Source: a virus
Taxonomy: Duplodnaviria; Caudoviricetes
Direction: 5' to 3' (one strand)
IMG/VR virus record: IMGVR_UViG_3300025018_000030
Coordinates: 1-44,843 of that record
DNA: 44,843 nucleotides
The notes under the pieces were generated by a model. That model made no database searches, had not been told where the DNA came from, and was given only the letters and a program-made list of their open reading frames with translations. The position numbers and the translations under genes are program-made. Below are positions 43,804 through 44,843 of this stretch, in pieces (positions within the stretch are counted from its first letter, which is position 1; each line of letters starts with the position of its first letter).

Positions 43804-43905
43804 GCGTTCCTTATAGTTTAAAGTTAATTGCGTTGCGTTAGTTTGCGTTGCGTTGCATAGATATGCGTTGCGTTGCGTTAGTTTACTACGGTACTACGGT
43901 ACTAC
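43804..43905. repeat. Microrepeat array: 8 x GCGTT and about 2.75 x TACTACGG in the leader of the putative ssb gene
   Basis: GCGTT at 43804, 43830, 43835, 43845, 43850, 43865, 43870, 43875; TACTACGG at 43884 and 43892, partial at 43900. Confidence 0.85.
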
Positions 43906-43913
43906 ATCTAGGG

Positions 43914-44843
43914 TTAAGTACCCCCAAGATTCTTTGCTGCTAGCTTAGCACGTACTGCTGCTAGCGGATCAGGCTTACCTCCAGCTAAGTTAGAGGTATC
44001 AATTAATGCAGGCTTCTCTGTTGCGGTAACTCCCGGAAGTTTAATTCCCGGTTTAGTAGTTACTACTCTTGCTCCATCTACTGAAAGTTCTTTAGGGTGG
44101 CGGAGTAGAGAGATAATACCATTAGCGTCAGGATTCTTTTTGAGAGATACTCCAGTTCTAGAACCTGCTAATACTTTATTAGAATCCATACCAGAAGAAC
44201 TTGCAACATGGCTGTAGTTCTCAATGGAAGTATAGACTACATGGTCGAAGTATCTTGCAGTATTCCTAGAGAAGCTTCTTGTACCTGCCATAGGTACTAT
44301 CTTCTCAGAACTATCTTCCTGCTCTAATGATTCCTCATGAGAGATACATATCCAGTTAGCTTTGGAGTTCTGTACTGCTGTGAATAGGCGGTCTAAATAA
44401 AATCCCTGTGCGGTATAGTGAGAGTACTCGGGTTTTATATTTGTCTCAGACTGTGCACCTTTGAATGCTTTGCCCATAGCAGAGTGAGATAGCTGAGTCA
44501 TAGAGTCCATTACAACTACCCAATCTGGGCTAAGCCTTTCAATATCTACTGGAATTTCAGTACCAATATTAGCAGCATTACCGGCAGCTTTTGCGATAGC
44601 ACATGTACCGCAAGGCCCAATCTTTCCATGAGTATCGCATACAGTTACCGCCTTACCTTCGGTTACATACAGCATGGTAGTAATCGCTTGGTAATTAGTC
44701 CTGTCATCTGGAACTCTAATAAGTTCAATACGTTGCTGGTACTCTAAAGGTAACTGCTTTAAAGTAAGGGAGCCATGCTCTAAGTCAAACCACAGTATAT
44801 TAAACTCTGCGGCTATAAGGCCAGCAAGGAGAGTCTTACCTGA
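43914..44843 (-). CDS. 3' part of the Sak4-like/AAA_24 ATPase (starts at 193)
   Basis: Walker B VVMDSMTQL, ICISHE, YFDHVVY; CxxH-x5-CxxC insert; C-terminal VRAKLAAK. Confidence 0.85.
   Translation of the reverse strand, partial: SGKTLLAGLIAAEFNILWFDLEHGSLTLKQLPLEYQQRIELIRVPDDRTNYQAITTMLYVTEGKAVTVCDTHGKIGPCGTCAIAKAAGNAANIGTEIPVDIERLSPDWVVVMDSMTQLSHSAMGKAFKGAQSETNIKPEYSHYTAQGFYLDRLFTAVQNSKANWICISHEESLEQEDSSEKIVPMAGTRSFSRNTARYFDHVVYTSIENYSHVASSSGMDSNKVLAGSRTGVSLKKNPDANGIISLLRHPKELSVDGARVVTTKPGIKLPGVTATEKPALIDTSNLAGGKPDPLAAVRAKLAAKNLGGT
44717..44843. repeat. Terminal direct repeat (right copy), assembly overlap
   Basis: Identical to 1-127. Confidence 0.95.

Noticed and set aside
43804-43905. 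Repeat array as a mini-CRISPR
   Set aside because: Units are 5-8 bp with no unique spacers of CRISPR length.
1-44843. TAG stop-codon reassignment suggested by TAG-rich DNA
   Set aside because: Core genes are full length under the standard code, and TAG stops are followed by new RBS/start pairs.
1-44843. Prophage or temperate lifestyle
   Set aside because: No integrase, repressor, partition genes or host flanks were recognised.

Overview
The window appears to be a complete circular assembly of a ~44.7 kb tailed phage with podovirus-type gene content. Bases 1-127 are repeated exactly at 44717-44843, giving a unit length of 44,716 bp, and an AAA ATPase gene reads through the junction. There are two divergent arms. 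The minus-strand early/replication arm (13065 to 1, continuing 44716 to 37475) carries sigma70-like promoters, many small hypothetical genes, a RecD/Dda-like helicase, a Cas4-like PD-(D/E)xK exonuclease, a Sak4-like ATPase, a probable SSB, a family A DNA polymerase with His at the Pol I 762 position, a DUF3987/MCM-like ATPase, MazG and DUF6378. The plus-strand late arm (13400-37347) carries TerS, TerL, portal, scaffold, a DUF5309/SU10-type major capsid protein, tail proteins, an M15 endolysin and three ejection proteins. I recognise no integrase, repressor, RNA polymerase, primase, tRNA or CRISPR array. The most notable signals are: (1) an apparently primase-less replication set, together with a 350-bp two-fold symmetric origin-like element and a structured 200-bp element between portal and scaffold; (2) short terminal motifs shared by unrelated proteins (basic L[KR]AKLAA helices, E-[ASG]-M-F C-termini, and an SSB-like IPF tail on TerL); (3) a Fur-box-like operator just downstream of an early promoter; (4) a signal-peptide-bearing metzincin in the tail module; (5) a pentamer-repeat leader in front of the SSB gene. 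All family assignments come from motif recognition by eye; no database search was run.
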